52,505 bases of DNA, taken from NCBI GenBank assembly GCA_018399975.1, contig JAGYNU010000002.1:1-52505 (forward strand), read 5' to 3'. The stretch is from Candidatus Omnitrophota bacterium (lineage in GTDB: Bacteria > Omnitrophota > Gorgyraeia > M55B152). Positions 28,051 through 39,400 of this stretch are shown one piece after another. Under the pieces are notes generated by a model, which had not been told where the DNA came from, made no database searches, and was given only the letters and a program-made list of their open reading frames with translations. A program made the translations under genes and the position numbers. Position 1 is the first letter of the stretch. Each line of letters begins with the position of its first letter.

Positions 28051-28384
28051 GTTCTAGGTCCTATGTCCTAGGTCCTAGGTCCTATGTCCTATGTCTTGCT
28101 ACTTGTTACTTGTTACCTGTTACCTGCTACTTGCAGCCTGCAGTTTGTAGCTTGCAGCCTGCAGCTTGTAGCTTGCAATTCGTCATTCGTCATTCTGATT
28201 TCGTCATTTGTTTGTAACTTGCAATTTGCAATTTGTTTGTAATTTGTTATTTGTCATTTGTAATTTACTTGTATCTTGTATCTTGTATCTTGTTACTTGT
28301 ATCTTGCCTGCCCCGTAGCACCCGCAGGGTTGGTACGGAGTTTTCTGTTTTCTGTTTTCTGTCTTCTGTTTTCTGTTTTCTGTC
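28050..28384. repeat. Heptamer arrays (TGTCCTA > CTACTTG > TTACCTG > CAGCCTG > TCGTCAT words > TGCAATT/TGTAATT/TGTATCT), one GC hairpin (28311-28340), then a TTCTGTT array abutting the rplW stop
   Basis: The 7-nt period is readable over more than 250 nt. This is the spacer between rplW and rplB. Confidence 0.9.
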
Positions 28385-28669
28385 TTATGTTACATCTATA
28401 GTATGTCCTTTTTCTAAAGTTACTATTGCCTTTTTCCAATCTCGTCTTTTTCCTTCTTTAAAACGCACTCTTCTCTTTTTGCCATACATATTTATAGTAT
28501 TAACATTTTTCACTTTAACAGAATATATTTTTTCGACAGCTTCCTTTACCTGTATTTTATTAGCAAATTTCTGGATAACAAAAAGGTATTGATTGTCCTG
28601 TAGCATTCGAGTCCCCTTCTCAGTTCTCATCATGCTAAATAAAATATCATAACAATCTTCTTTCTTCAT
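28385..28669 (-). CDS. rplW: 50S ribosomal protein L23
   Basis: Motifs TEKGTRMLQDNQYLFVIQKFANK and WKKAIVTL. Confidence 0.95.
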   Translation of the reverse strand: MKKEDCYDILFSMMRTEKGTRMLQDNQYLFVIQKFANKIQVKEAVEKIYSVKVKNVNTINMYGKKRRVRFKEGKRRDWKKAIVTLEKGHTIDVT

Positions 28670-28685
28670 GATTTTCTCACCGATT

Positions 28686-29318
28686 TTAATACTTCAAATA
28701 TTTAGTCAATTCAGATAAAGCCGATTTAGTAATCACTAAATTTTTATTTTTTAATACATCATAGCAATTAATATCAAATACTTGCTTTAAAGTTAAATTT
28801 TCAATATTTCTACAAGCAAGCTTTAAATTTTCGTCTATATCATTTACAACTAACAAAATTGTATTATCTATAACTTTCAATTTGCTTAATATAGAAAAAA
28901 TTAATTTAGTCTTTGGCTTATCTATTTTTAACTCATCAATTATTTTAATTTCATTATCTGCCGATTTAGCATTCAATCCTGATTTCAACGCTATTTTCTT
29001 CATTTTTTTAGGCATTTTGTAAGAAAAATCTCTTGGTTTAGGTCCGAAAGTAATACCTCCTCCTATCCAAAGCGGAGAACGTATGCTACCTGCTCTAGCC
29101 CTACCAGTTCCTTTTTGAGCCCACGGTTTACGGCCTCCTCCACTGGTATCAGAACGTGTTTTAGTGCTTGCATTACCTTGTCTTTTACGCGATTCATACA
29201 TAAGTACAGCCTGGCGTAATAATGGATAATTTATTTCACCATCAAATATCTTTTCATTTAATTCAACTTTGCTTTTAGTTTTTCCACTACCATTATGTAA
29301 ATCTTTCTGTTTACTCAT
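28686..29318 (-). CDS. rplD: 50S ribosomal protein L4
   Basis: Sequence SGGGRKPWAQKGTGRARAGSIRSPLW. Confidence 0.95.
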   Translation of the reverse strand: MSKQKDLHNGSGKTKSKVELNEKIFDGEINYPLLRQAVLMYESRKRQGNASTKTRSDTSGGGRKPWAQKGTGRARAGSIRSPLWIGGGITFGPKPRDFSYKMPKKMKKIALKSGLNAKSADNEIKIIDELKIDKPKTKLIFSILSKLKVIDNTILLVVNDIDENLKLACRNIENLTLKQVFDINCYDVLKNKNLVITKSALSELTKYLKY

Positions 29319-30019
29319 TTTTTATCATTTCTTTTTTTATAAGATTCTCTTATTACCAAATATGATTTATTGCTTCCAGGAACACAACCCTTAACAATCA
29401 TAATATTTTCTTTTTCATTTACTTTAAGTATTCTAATGTTTTTTACAGTCGTTATTTTTCCACCCATTCTACCAGCCATATTCTTACCTTTAACAACTCT
29501 TGAAGGATCGGCGCTCGCTCCAATAGAACCAGGAGCTCTATAAGAACGCGAGCCGTGGCTTTTAGGCCCTATACTCCATCCCCATTTTTTTACTCCTCCC
29601 TGGAAGCCCTTGCCTTTAGAGATTCCTGTTATATCAACAAAATCCCCGTTATCAAATATATTTACTTTTACTTCATCCCCTACTTTTAATGATTTGTTTT
29701 GCTCTACTTTTTTCTTATTATCCTTTTCTTTCTTGCCATCACTTTCTTTTTCCTTTATAAACATATTCCCACGAATCTCTTTTAAAAACCTCTTTGGTTC
29801 TATCTTATTATTTTTAAATTCTTTTCTTTGAGGCTTATTTACATTTTTTTCTGAAACATTATCAAAGCCCAACTGCAAAGCTGAATATCCATTTCTATCT
29901 TCAGTTTGTATAGCCGTCACCTTGCAAGGACCGGCTTCAATAACCGTTATAGGAACTATATTCCCGTTGTTATCAAAAATGCGAGTCATACCTAATTTTT
30001 TACCTAAAATACTTTTCAT
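29315..30019 (-). CDS. rplC: 50S ribosomal protein L3 (with Lys/Glu-rich internal insertion)
   Basis: Motifs LGKKLGMTRIF and GKGFQGGVKKWGW. Confidence 0.95.
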   Translation of the reverse strand: MKSILGKKLGMTRIFDNNGNIVPITVIEAGPCKVTAIQTEDRNGYSALQLGFDNVSEKNVNKPQRKEFKNNKIEPKRFLKEIRGNMFIKEKESDGKKEKDNKKKVEQNKSLKVGDEVKVNIFDNGDFVDITGISKGKGFQGGVKKWGWSIGPKSHGSRSYRAPGSIGASADPSRVVKGKNMAGRMGGKITTVKNIRILKVNEKENIMIVKGCVPGSNKSYLVIRESYKKRNDKK

Positions 30020-30056
30020 ACTAATTTTCCTATTATAATATTACCAAACTAAAAAT

Positions 30057-30359
30057 TTATTTTATTTCTACTTCCACTCCTGCAGGCAAATCCAATTTCT
30101 TCAATGAATCTACAGTTTTTGCAGTAGGATTAATTATATCAATTAATCTTTTATGAGTGCGTATTTCGAATTGCTCTCTAGATTTTTTATTAACTACTGG
30201 AGACTTTAATACAGTAAATATTTCATTTTTCGTAGGTAAAGGTATAGGTCCAGCTATTTTTGCACCAGTCCTTCTTACAGTATTAGAAATCTCTTCTGCC
30301 GATTGATCTAACAATCTATGGTCAAAAGCTTTTAAACTTATTCGAATTTTATCTTTCAT
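30057..30359 (-). CDS. rpsJ: 30S ribosomal protein S10
   Basis: N-terminus [20 protein letters not shown] and [12 protein letters not shown] 30359; the track start overlaps fusA. Confidence 0.95.
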   Translation of the reverse strand: MKDKIRISLKAFDHRLLDQSAEEISNTVRRTGAKIAGPIPLPTKNEIFTVLKSPVVNKKSREQFEIRTHKRLIDIINPTAKTVDSLKKLDLPAGVEVEIK

Positions 30360-30399
30360 TTCAAAATACCATCCTCTTAATATATACAAATATAAACTT

Positions 30400-32466
30400 T
30401 TAATCCAGCAACTTCTTAGCAATATTATCTGGAACTTCTCTATAATAAGCAGGCTCCATCATATAAGTAGCACGGCCCTGAGTTAACGACCTTAATGCAT
30501 TAGTATACCCAAACATTTCAGCTAAAGGAACAACCGCTCTAATATACTTGACATCTTTTTTTTGTTCAATCGAACTTACATGTGCCCTACGTGAACTTAA
30601 ATCATTTATTATGTCCCCCATATATTTATCCGGAGTAACTACTTCTAAATCCATGATAGGTTCTAAAATTATTGATTTTGTTTTTCGCAATCCATCAGTA
30701 AAAGCTTTACTGGCTGCAGTCTTAAAAGCAATATCAGAAGAATCAACAGGATGATGTGAACCATCTATTAACTCAGCACGGATATCGGTTACTGGATAAC
30801 CTAATAAAACACCATTATTTGCAGCAGACATTACTCCAGATTTTATGCTCTTAATAAATTCCTTAGGTATAACACCTCCTTTGGTATTATCTTTAAATTC
30901 AATACCGCTACCATGTTTTAAAGGAACTAATCTAAATACTACATGCCCATATTGGCCTCTACCCCCACTTTGTTGAACAAATTTACATTCTGCATCAACT
31001 TCTTTTTTAATAGTCTCTTTATATGCTACTCTCGGATTACCAACATTAGCATCAACATTAAATTCTCTAAGCATTCTATCAATTAATATTTCTAAATGTA
31101 ATTCTCCCATGCCAGATATCAAAGTCTGACCTATTTCTTCGTCATAAAAAACTTTAAAAGATGGATCTTCTTCAGAAAATTTATGTAAAGCTTCCGAAAG
31201 TTTTTCTCTATCTTTTTTTGAATTCGGTTCGATTGCCATAGAAACAACTGGTTCTGGAAAATGTATGCTTTCTAAAATTATTGGACTGCCTTCACTGCAA
31301 ATCGTATCCCCTGTATTAGTTTTTTTTAAGCCTACTGCTGCTGCTATATCTCCAGCAAAAACACTATCTCTAATTTCCTGTTTATCTGCATGCATTTGGA
31401 CAATTTTCCCTATACGTTCCTTGATATGTTTATTACTATTGTATACATAACTTCCTGATTTTAATATACCTGAATACACTCTAAAAAAAGTTAATTTACC
31501 AACATATGGATCAGTCATTATTTTAAATGCCAAACTACAAAATTTACCTTCATCTTCCGGATGACGTTCTTCTTTATCTTCAGTATTTGGATTAATACCA
31601 AAAACTGCAGGAACATCCAAAGGAGAAGGCAAATAATCAGTAACAGCATCTATAAGCAGCTGTACCCCTATATTTTTTAAACTTGAACCACATAGCACAG
31701 GAACTATATCATTTTTAAGAGTAGCTTTTCTTATACCTTTTTTTATCTCTTGTATACTAATTTTCTCACCATGTACATATTTTTCCATGAGAGTATCATC
31801 ATTTTCGCTTATTTTTTCAATCATATAGTTTCTATAATTTTCAGCTTTTTTTAATAAATCTCCTGGAATATTTTCTTCTCGATAATTTTTCTGTTTTAAT
31901 TCTGTATCGAAAATAAAAGCTTTCATATTTAATAAATCTACTACCCCTTTAAATTTATCTTCACTACCTATAGGAATCTGTAATGGTACAGGTTGAACAA
32001 ATAGCTTTTCTTCTATTTCTTTAACCACATTATAAAAATCACTTCCTATCCTATCTAATTTGTTTACAAAAACTATCCTTGGAACATGATACTCATCAGC
32101 CTGTCTCCAAACTGTTTCACTTTGAGGTTCCACTCCCCCTACCCCACATAATACTACTATAGCACCATCTAAAACCTTTAGGGACCTTTCAACCTCAACA
32201 GTAAAATCAATATGTCCTGGTGTATCGATTATATTAATTCTGTTATCTTTCCAAAAACAGGTTGTGCTAGCAGCTGTAATAGTTATACCCCTCTCTTGCT
32301 CTTGCTTCATCCAATCCATGGTAGCTGTTCCTTCATCAACTTCGCCCATTTTATATACACGGCCTGTATAATATAAAATTCTTTCGGTAGTAGTAGTCTT
32401 ACCTGCATCGATGTGTGCAACTATCCCTATATTACGTATCTTATCCAAAGCTATTTTTCTTTCCAT
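30400..32466 (-). CDS. fusA: Elongation factor G (canonical, str-operon copy)
   Basis: Motifs [23 protein letters not shown] and NKLD. Preferred start is ATG 32466 ([14 protein letters not shown]). An alternative in-frame ATG lies at 32517. Neither has a clear SD. Confidence 0.93.
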   Translation of the reverse strand: MERKIALDKIRNIGIVAHIDAGKTTTTERILYYTGRVYKMGEVDEGTATMDWMKQEQERGITITAASTTCFWKDNRINIIDTPGHIDFTVEVERSLKVLDGAIVVLCGVGGVEPQSETVWRQADEYHVPRIVFVNKLDRIGSDFYNVVKEIEEKLFVQPVPLQIPIGSEDKFKGVVDLLNMKAFIFDTELKQKNYREENIPGDLLKKAENYRNYMIEKISENDDTLMEKYVHGEKISIQEIKKGIRKATLKNDIVPVLCGSSLKNIGVQLLIDAVTDYLPSPLDVPAVFGINPNTEDKEERHPEDEGKFCSLAFKIMTDPYVGKLTFFRVYSGILKSGSYVYNSNKHIKERIGKIVQMHADKQEIRDSVFAGDIAAAVGLKKTNTGDTICSEGSPIILESIHFPEPVVSMAIEPNSKKDREKLSEALHKFSEEDPSFKVFYDEEIGQTLISGMGELHLEILIDRMLREFNVDANVGNPRVAYKETIKKEVDAECKFVQQSGGRGQYGHVVFRLVPLKHGSGIEFKDNTKGGVIPKEFIKSIKSGVMSAANNGVLLGYPVTDIRAELIDGSHHPVDSSDIAFKTAASKAFTDGLRKTKSIILEPIMDLEVVTPDKYMGDIINDLSSRRAHVSSIEQKKDVKYIRAVVPLAEMFGYTNALRSLTQGRATYMMEPAYYREVPDNIAKKLLD

Positions 32467-32554
32467 TTTTTTTAGTATCTTTTTTTTTGGTTTATTTATT
32501 CCTGCAGCTAATTGCATAATATCAATCTATCTATTCTTCTATAATTATTTTCTT

Positions 32555-33025
32555 TTACCAATTATAATGAGCAAAAGCTTTATTTGCTTCTGCCATTTTA
32601 TGAGTTATCTGTTTCTTTTTAACAGCATCGCCTTCCATATTATAAGCTGCTAAAATTTCATTTACTAACTTGGAAGTTATTGACTTCCCTTTTTTCTGTC
32701 TAGCAAATTCTTTTATCCACCTTAAAGCAAGAGTAGTCCCACGAATATCATTAACTTCTACAGGAACTTGATAATTCGCCCCACCTATTCTCCGAGATTT
32801 TACTTCAACCTTAGGTTTTATATTATCTATAGCTATCTGAAAAACTTCCAATTCATTCTTTTGGGTTTGCTTTTTTATAATACCGAAAACATCATAAACA
32901 ATATCCTGTGCCAAAGACTTCTTACCATTAGACATTATCATATTGATAAATTTAGATACCAATTTATTGTTATATTTAACATCTGGCTTTATTTTCCCTT
33001 TAACAGCTGAATTTTTATTCTTCAT
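32555..33025 (-). CDS. rpsG: 30S ribosomal protein S7
   Basis: Motifs VEVKSRRIGGANYQVPVEV and MAEANKAFAHY. Confidence 0.95.
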   Translation of the reverse strand: MKNKNSAVKGKIKPDVKYNNKLVSKFINMIMSNGKKSLAQDIVYDVFGIIKKQTQKNELEVFQIAIDNIKPKVEVKSRRIGGANYQVPVEVNDIRGTTLALRWIKEFARQKKGKSITSKLVNEILAAYNMEGDAVKKKQITHKMAEANKAFAHYNW

Positions 33026-33049
33026 TTTTAAATCATCCTTTTATATATA

Positions 33050-33421
33050 TTAAGATGCTCTCTTTGTTCCGTATTTCGAACGTCCCTGCTTTCTATCAGT
33101 TACACCTGCAGTATCTAAAGTACCCCTCACAACATGATATCTTACCCCAGGCAAATCTTTAACACGCCCTCCTCTTACCATAACAATAGAATGTTCTTGT
33201 AAGTTATGTCCCTCTCCCGGGATATAACCAGTTACTTCATATCCCGTGGTTAACCTAATTCTGGCTACTTTTCTTAAAGCAGAGTTAGGTTTTTTAGGCG
33301 TCTGAGTTTTAACCTGTAGGCAAACTCCTCTACGTTGAGGACAAGATTGCAATGCAGGAGATTTTGTTTTTTTTCTAAATTTTTTTCTTCCTTGCCGAAT
33401 TAACTGATTAATAGTTGGCAT
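33050..33421 (-). CDS. rpsL: 30S ribosomal protein S12
   Basis: N-terminus [13 protein letters not shown] and [15 protein letters not shown]. Confidence 0.95.
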   Translation of the reverse strand: MPTINQLIRQGRKKFRKKTKSPALQSCPQRRGVCLQVKTQTPKKPNSALRKVARIRLTTGYEVTGYIPGEGHNLQEHSIVMVRGGRVKDLPGVRYHVVRGTLDTAGVTDRKQGRSKYGTKRAS

Positions 33422-33436
33422 ATTTCTTTACTCCTA

Positions 33437-36400
33437 TTATTTATCATTTACTGTTTCTTTTTCTTGCTCATTATTAGAATCTTTCTGTTTTTCAATTTCT
33501 CCTATTAACGAAGAAACATCTTTCTTTACCTTAATTTCACGATTTTGCCTAAATCCTGTCCCTGCAGGAATTAAATGTCCCATTATAACATTTTCTTTAA
33601 GTCCATACAAGTTATCAGTTTTACCACTTGCAGCTGCATCCGTTAAAACTCTTGTTGTTTCCTGAAAACTAGCTGCAGATATAAAACTTTCTGTAGTCAA
33701 AGACGCTTTGGTAATTCCTAATAATAAAGGAGACGCGCTAGCCGGTTTCCCCTTATTTTCTCTAACTTTTTGATTTTCTTCTTTAAAACAAAATTTATCG
33801 ATATGTTGTCCAGGTAAAAAATCAGTATCTCCAGGGTCTTCTATCTTAACCTTTCTAAGCATTTGTTTTATAATTAACTCAATATGTTTATCATTTATTT
33901 TAACACCTTGTAATCTATAAACTTCTTGAACTTGATCTAATAAATATTTCTGCAATTCTTTTTCACCGCGTATGTTAAGGATATCATCAGGAACTATTGG
34001 ACCATCGGTTAAACGGTCCCCACTTGAAACCTTATCGCCTTTATATACATTTAAATGTTTTCCATGTGGAACCAAATACTCCTTTTTCATTCCAGAAGGC
34101 GATTGAATTATAACCCTTCTTTGCCCACGTTTAGCACTACCAAATTCCACTACACCATCGATTTCACTAATTACTGCGGGGTTTTTTGGCTTTCGGGCTT
34201 CAAACAGTTCTGCAACCCTTGGTAATCCTCCTGTAATATCTCTAGTTTTGGTAACTTTTCTAGGAGTTTTTGCCAAGATAGTCCCAGCTTTAACTTTTTG
34301 ATTTTCCTTTACTGCGATATGAGCTCCAGCTGGTAATGGATAAATAGCCACAACATTATTCTTTTTATCCAAAATTAATATCTGCGGATGGAAATCCACA
34401 GAATGTTCTATAATAACTTGTCCAGTTATACCTGTAGCCTCATCAATTTCTCTATGAGAGGTCTTACCATCAACAATATCCTCAAATTCTATCTTACCTT
34501 CTACTTCTGTTAGTATAGGAGACGAATAAGGATCCCATTCTACAAACTTATCACCTTTTTGAACTTTATCTGACTCTTTTACATTTAAAAATGCACCTTG
34601 TGGAATAACATGTCGTTCTAATTCAATGCCTTCTTCATCATTTATACTAATTTGAGAATTTCGATTAAGAACTATAAACTTTTTCTTTGAAACAGAAACT
34701 ATTCTTAATCCATGAAATACTATTTTCCCATCATGCTTAGATTCTATAAAAGATTGCTCCACAATTCTACTAGCAGTTCCTCCAATATGAAAAGTTCTCA
34801 TAGTTAACTGAGTACCAGGCTCTCCAATTGACTGAGCAGCAATTACACCTACAGCCTCTCCTGCTTCTACAAGACGACCATTTGATAAACTAGTACCATA
34901 ACATTTCGAACAAACGCCCCTTGAAGCTTCACAGGTTAGAACACTTCTAATTTTTATTTTTTCGATACCTAATTCCTGAATCCTATTTGCTTTCTTCTCT
35001 GTTATAACTTCACCCGATTTTACTATTACTTCATCTGAAACAACATCAACTATGTTATCAGCAGCAACTCTACCTACAATTCTTTCCTTTAAACTTACTA
35101 CTATTTCATCACCTTCCACGATGGCTTCTACATAAATGCCATTTAAAGTGCCGCAATCTTCCTCAGTAACAATAACATCTTGTGCAACATCGACTAAACG
35201 TCTTGTTAAATAACCTGAGTCAGCTGTTTTTAAAGCCGTATCAGCTAATCCTTTTCTACCCCCATGAGATGAAATAAAATATTCTAATGAAGTTAATCCC
35301 TCTCTAAAACTCGAAATAACAGGACTTTCTATAATTTCTCCTGAAGGTTTAGCCATTAAACCTCTCATACCTACTAATTGTCGAATTTGTTGTTTAGAAC
35401 CCCTTGCTCCTGAATCAGCCATCATAAATAAAGGATTAAATTTATCTAAATGTTTAAAAACTGAATCGGAAACCTGTTCTGTAACATGAGTCCATATATC
35501 TACTATTTTATTATAACGCTCCCCTGCCGTTATTATCCCTTGCTCGTAAGATTTCTCAACTTCGCCAACTTTTTTATAAGCTTCCGTTACAAGTTCTTCT
35601 TTATCTTCTGGAATAACTAAATCACTAATAGACAAAGAAGCTCCTGAATAAGTAGCTTCTTTAAAACCTTTTTCTTTAACTTTATCCAATAATTTAACAA
35701 CCGCATCATATCCAAATTCTTCATAACAGTTTTTTATTACATCAGATAAAGCTGATTTATTTAACAATTTGTTAACAAAATTCATTTCTTTAGGCAAAAT
35801 ATCATTAAAAAGTACTTTACCAACAGTTGTTTCAATTAATTCAGAATTTATTCTTACTTTTATACTTGCATGCATATGTACTGCTCCATCTTCATATGCA
35901 GAAATGACTTCAGCAGTGTTAGAAAACATTTTACCTTCGCCTTTAACACCTTTTCTCATCTTCGTAAGATAATACAAACCAAGCACTATATCCTGCGTTG
36001 GAGAAACAATCGGACCTCCATGAGCAGGAGAAAATATGTTGTTACTGGATAACATCATTAATCTGGCTTCCATTTTAGCTTCAGCAGATAAAGGAACATG
36101 TACAGCCATTTGGTCACCATCAAAATCTGCATTAAAAGGCGTGCAAACCAATGGATGCACTTTTATAGCTTTACCTTCTACTAAAATAGGCTGAAATGCT
36201 TGTATTCCTAATCTATGTAAAGTAGGTGCACGATTCAATAATACTGGATGCCCCTTAATAACCTCATCTAATATATCCCATACTTCTACTTCTGTACGTT
36301 CTACCATTTTCCGAGCGCTTTTAATAGTATGGACATGCCCTCTCTTCTTTAATTCCTTTATAATAAAAGGCTCAAATAATTCTAAAGCAATTCTTTTTGG

Positions 36401-39400
36401 CAAACCACATTGATGCAATTGCAATTCCGGCCCAATGACTATAACGCTCCTACCAGAATAATCTACTCTTTTACCTAATAGATTTTGTCTAAATCTACCT
36501 TGTTTACCTTTAAGCATTTCACTTAAAGATTTTAGAGGCCTATTACCTGCCCCCATAACGGGACGGCCATGTCTTCCATTATCAAACAAAGCATCAACAG
36601 CTTCCTGTAACATCCTTTTTTCATTTCTAATTATTATCTCAGGAGCATTAAGTTCCATTAATTTCTTTAGGCGGTTATTTCTATTAATCACTCTTCTATA
36701 CAAATCATTTAAATCACTAGTAGCAAATCTCCCTCCATCTAAAGGAACTAAAGGCCTTAAATCCGGAGGGATAACAGGAATAACGTCCATAACCATCCAA
36801 GATGGTTCATTCCCTGACTTTTTAAAAGATTCTACAATTCTTAATCTTTTCAATACTTTTTTTCTAACTTGTTTACCACGTTTTCTCTTAGCTTTACTAT
36901 GCAAATCAGTTGCTAATTCATTTAAATCTAAATTCCCCAACAATTCTCTTATAGCTTCTGCTCCCATTTTAGCAGTAAAGCTTTTACTATATTTAGCCTT
37001 TGCCTCTCTATATTTGTTTTCTGATAATAAATCTCCTGTTTTAAAAGGACTATCTCCCGGGTCTATTACACAATACTCCTCGTAATAAATAACCCGTTCT
37101 AATTGTCTCATACTCATGCCTAATAAAGCTCCCATTCTAGAAGGCATAGTCTTAAAAAACCATATATGAGAAACAGGAGAAGCAAGTTCTATATGCCCCA
37201 TCCTTTTCCTTCTGACATCAGATGTGGTAACTTCAACCCCGCATCTGTCGCATATTATCCCTTTATTTTTTATTCTCTTATATTTTCCACAATAACATTC
37301 CCAGTCTTTGGTAGGACCAAAAATCCTTTCGCAAAATAAGCCTCCTTTTTCTGTTTTTAATGTTCTATAATTAATAGTTTCTGGTTTTGTTACTTCACCA
37401 TGAGACCAAGATCGAATCACATCAGAAGAAGCTATATTTATACGTATAGAATTAAAATCACCATCTTTTGATATAGAATCTTTGTCAAAATCTTGCTCTG
37501 TACGAATATCTAAAGCCAAACCCATAAGTTCTTTAATCAATACATTAAAAGATTCAGGTGTCCCTGTTTGCAAAGAACAATCGCCTTTTACAATATTCTC
37601 GTATATACGAGTGCGTCCTTTAACATCATCACTCTTAACTGTCAATAACTCCTGTAACATATAAGCAGCACCATAAGCTTCAAGTGCCCATACCTCCATT
37701 TCCCCGAATCTCTGCCCTCCGTATTGAGCTCTACCTCCTAAAGGCTGCTGTGTAACCAAAGAATAAGGGCCAATAGAACGAGCATGAATCTTTTCATCAG
37801 CTAAATGTATTAACTTCAATACATACATATAACCAACGGTTATTTTCTGGTCAAAAGGCTGTCCTGTTAAACCATCATAAAGTATAATTCTTCCATCTTC
37901 TGGCAACCCAGCCTTTCTTAACAATTCTTTTATTTCTTCTTCATTAATACCTCCAAAAACAGGCGTAGCTACATATTTATTTAATATCTCAGCTGCCCAT
38001 CCTAAATGAGTTTCTAAAACCTGTCCTATATTCATACGCGAAGGAACCCCTAACGGATTTAAAACCATATCAACTGGAGTTCCATCTGGTAAAAATGGCA
38101 TATCTTCTTCAGGCAATATTCTGGCAACAACCCCCTTATTGCCATGTCTACCAGCCATTTTATCTCCCACAGACAGCTTTCGTTTACTTGCTATATAAAC
38201 AACCACCCGTTTTATAACCCCTGGTGGTAATTCATCTGCTTTTTTCACCTTATCTATTTGTCTTTCTTGTTCATAAGTCAAATCATCTATTTGATCATTA
38301 AATAATCTTAAAACTTTCTCGATTTCTTCATTTATATCATCATTTTTTAATTCAATTTCATCTACATCACAATTGACTAATTTTTTAATATCAGTTTTAG
38401 TTATTTTCTTTCCCTTTTCAATAATAGGCTTACCTGTATTAATATCAAGTAAATCAGCAGCTAATGTATGGCCTTCTATTATTTCCCCTACTCTACTAAT
38501 TTTCCCCTTTAAAATATCATCAATTTTACCTTGATATTCTTCTTCAATTTCTTTTATACGAGCTCTTTCTTTAGACCTTTGAGATTTAGTGCGAGCAGGC
38601 TCCTTTCTGGAAAAAACTTTTGTATCTATAACGATACCTTCTACACCAGAAGGAACTTTTAAAGAAGCATCGCGTATATCTCCAGCTTTTTCGCCAAAAA
38701 TAGCTCTTAACAATTTTTCTTCTGGAGTAAGTTCTGTCTCCACCTTAGGAGTAATTTTCCCTACCAAAACATCTCCTGACTCTACTTTAGCTCCTACCCT
38801 AATAATCCCATCTTCATGTAAATCTTTTAAAGCTTCTTCTCCTACATTAGGAATATCTCTAGTAATCTCCTCTGCCCCTAATCTAGTATCTCTAGCTTCA
38901 ATCTCAAATTCTTCAATATGAACAGAAGTATAAACATCATCTTTAACTAACCGTGAACTAACTAAAATAGCATCTTCAAAATTATGTCCATGCCAAGACA
39001 TAAAAGCTACTAAAACATTTTTACCTAAAGCAATTTCTCCTTCTTTTGTAGCAGGTCCATCTGCTAATATATCTCCTTTTTTTACCTTAGCCCCAATAGA
39101 TGTCACTGACCTTTGATTAATACAAGTATTGGCATTAGAACGTTTAAATTTTTTTAGTTTATAATCTGTAGAACCAACTGTTATAGTACTACCATCTATA
39201 TAATTTACATTACCAGAATTTTTAGCTATAATTAAAGCTCCTGAATCTCTTCCAACTTTTTCCTCCATGCCGGTTCCAACCAATGGTGGTTCAGGAAATA
39301 ATAACGGAACAGCTTGACGTTGCATATTAGCTCCCATAAGAGCACGGTTTGTATCATCATGTTCTAAAAAAGGAATCAAACTGGCATCAACGCTAACAAT

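Noticed and set aside
28017-28592. Plus-strand ORFs 28017..28217 and 28233..28592. Similar repeat-spanning ORFs were seen at 43803..44135, 43981..44265, 49883..50122, 16896..17159, 17397..17594 and 41635..41841.
   Set aside because: They are read-throughs of heptamer arrays. Their periodic low-complexity translations (LVTGYWF, CYLLPVT and the like) repeat every 7 aa because 3 units equal 21 nt. None has an SD. They overlap real genes or repeats and show no recognisable protein features.
30360-30422. Long N-terminal extensions in track ORFs: rpsJ, rplF, rpsZ, adk, leuC-like, rpsS, epimerase, DegT, and possibly fusA and GT9.
   Set aside because: The track takes the most upstream ATG/GTG/TTG. 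The extensions overlap upstream genes or repeats and lack an SD. Conserved N-termini with an SD lie downstream, so the starts were trimmed.
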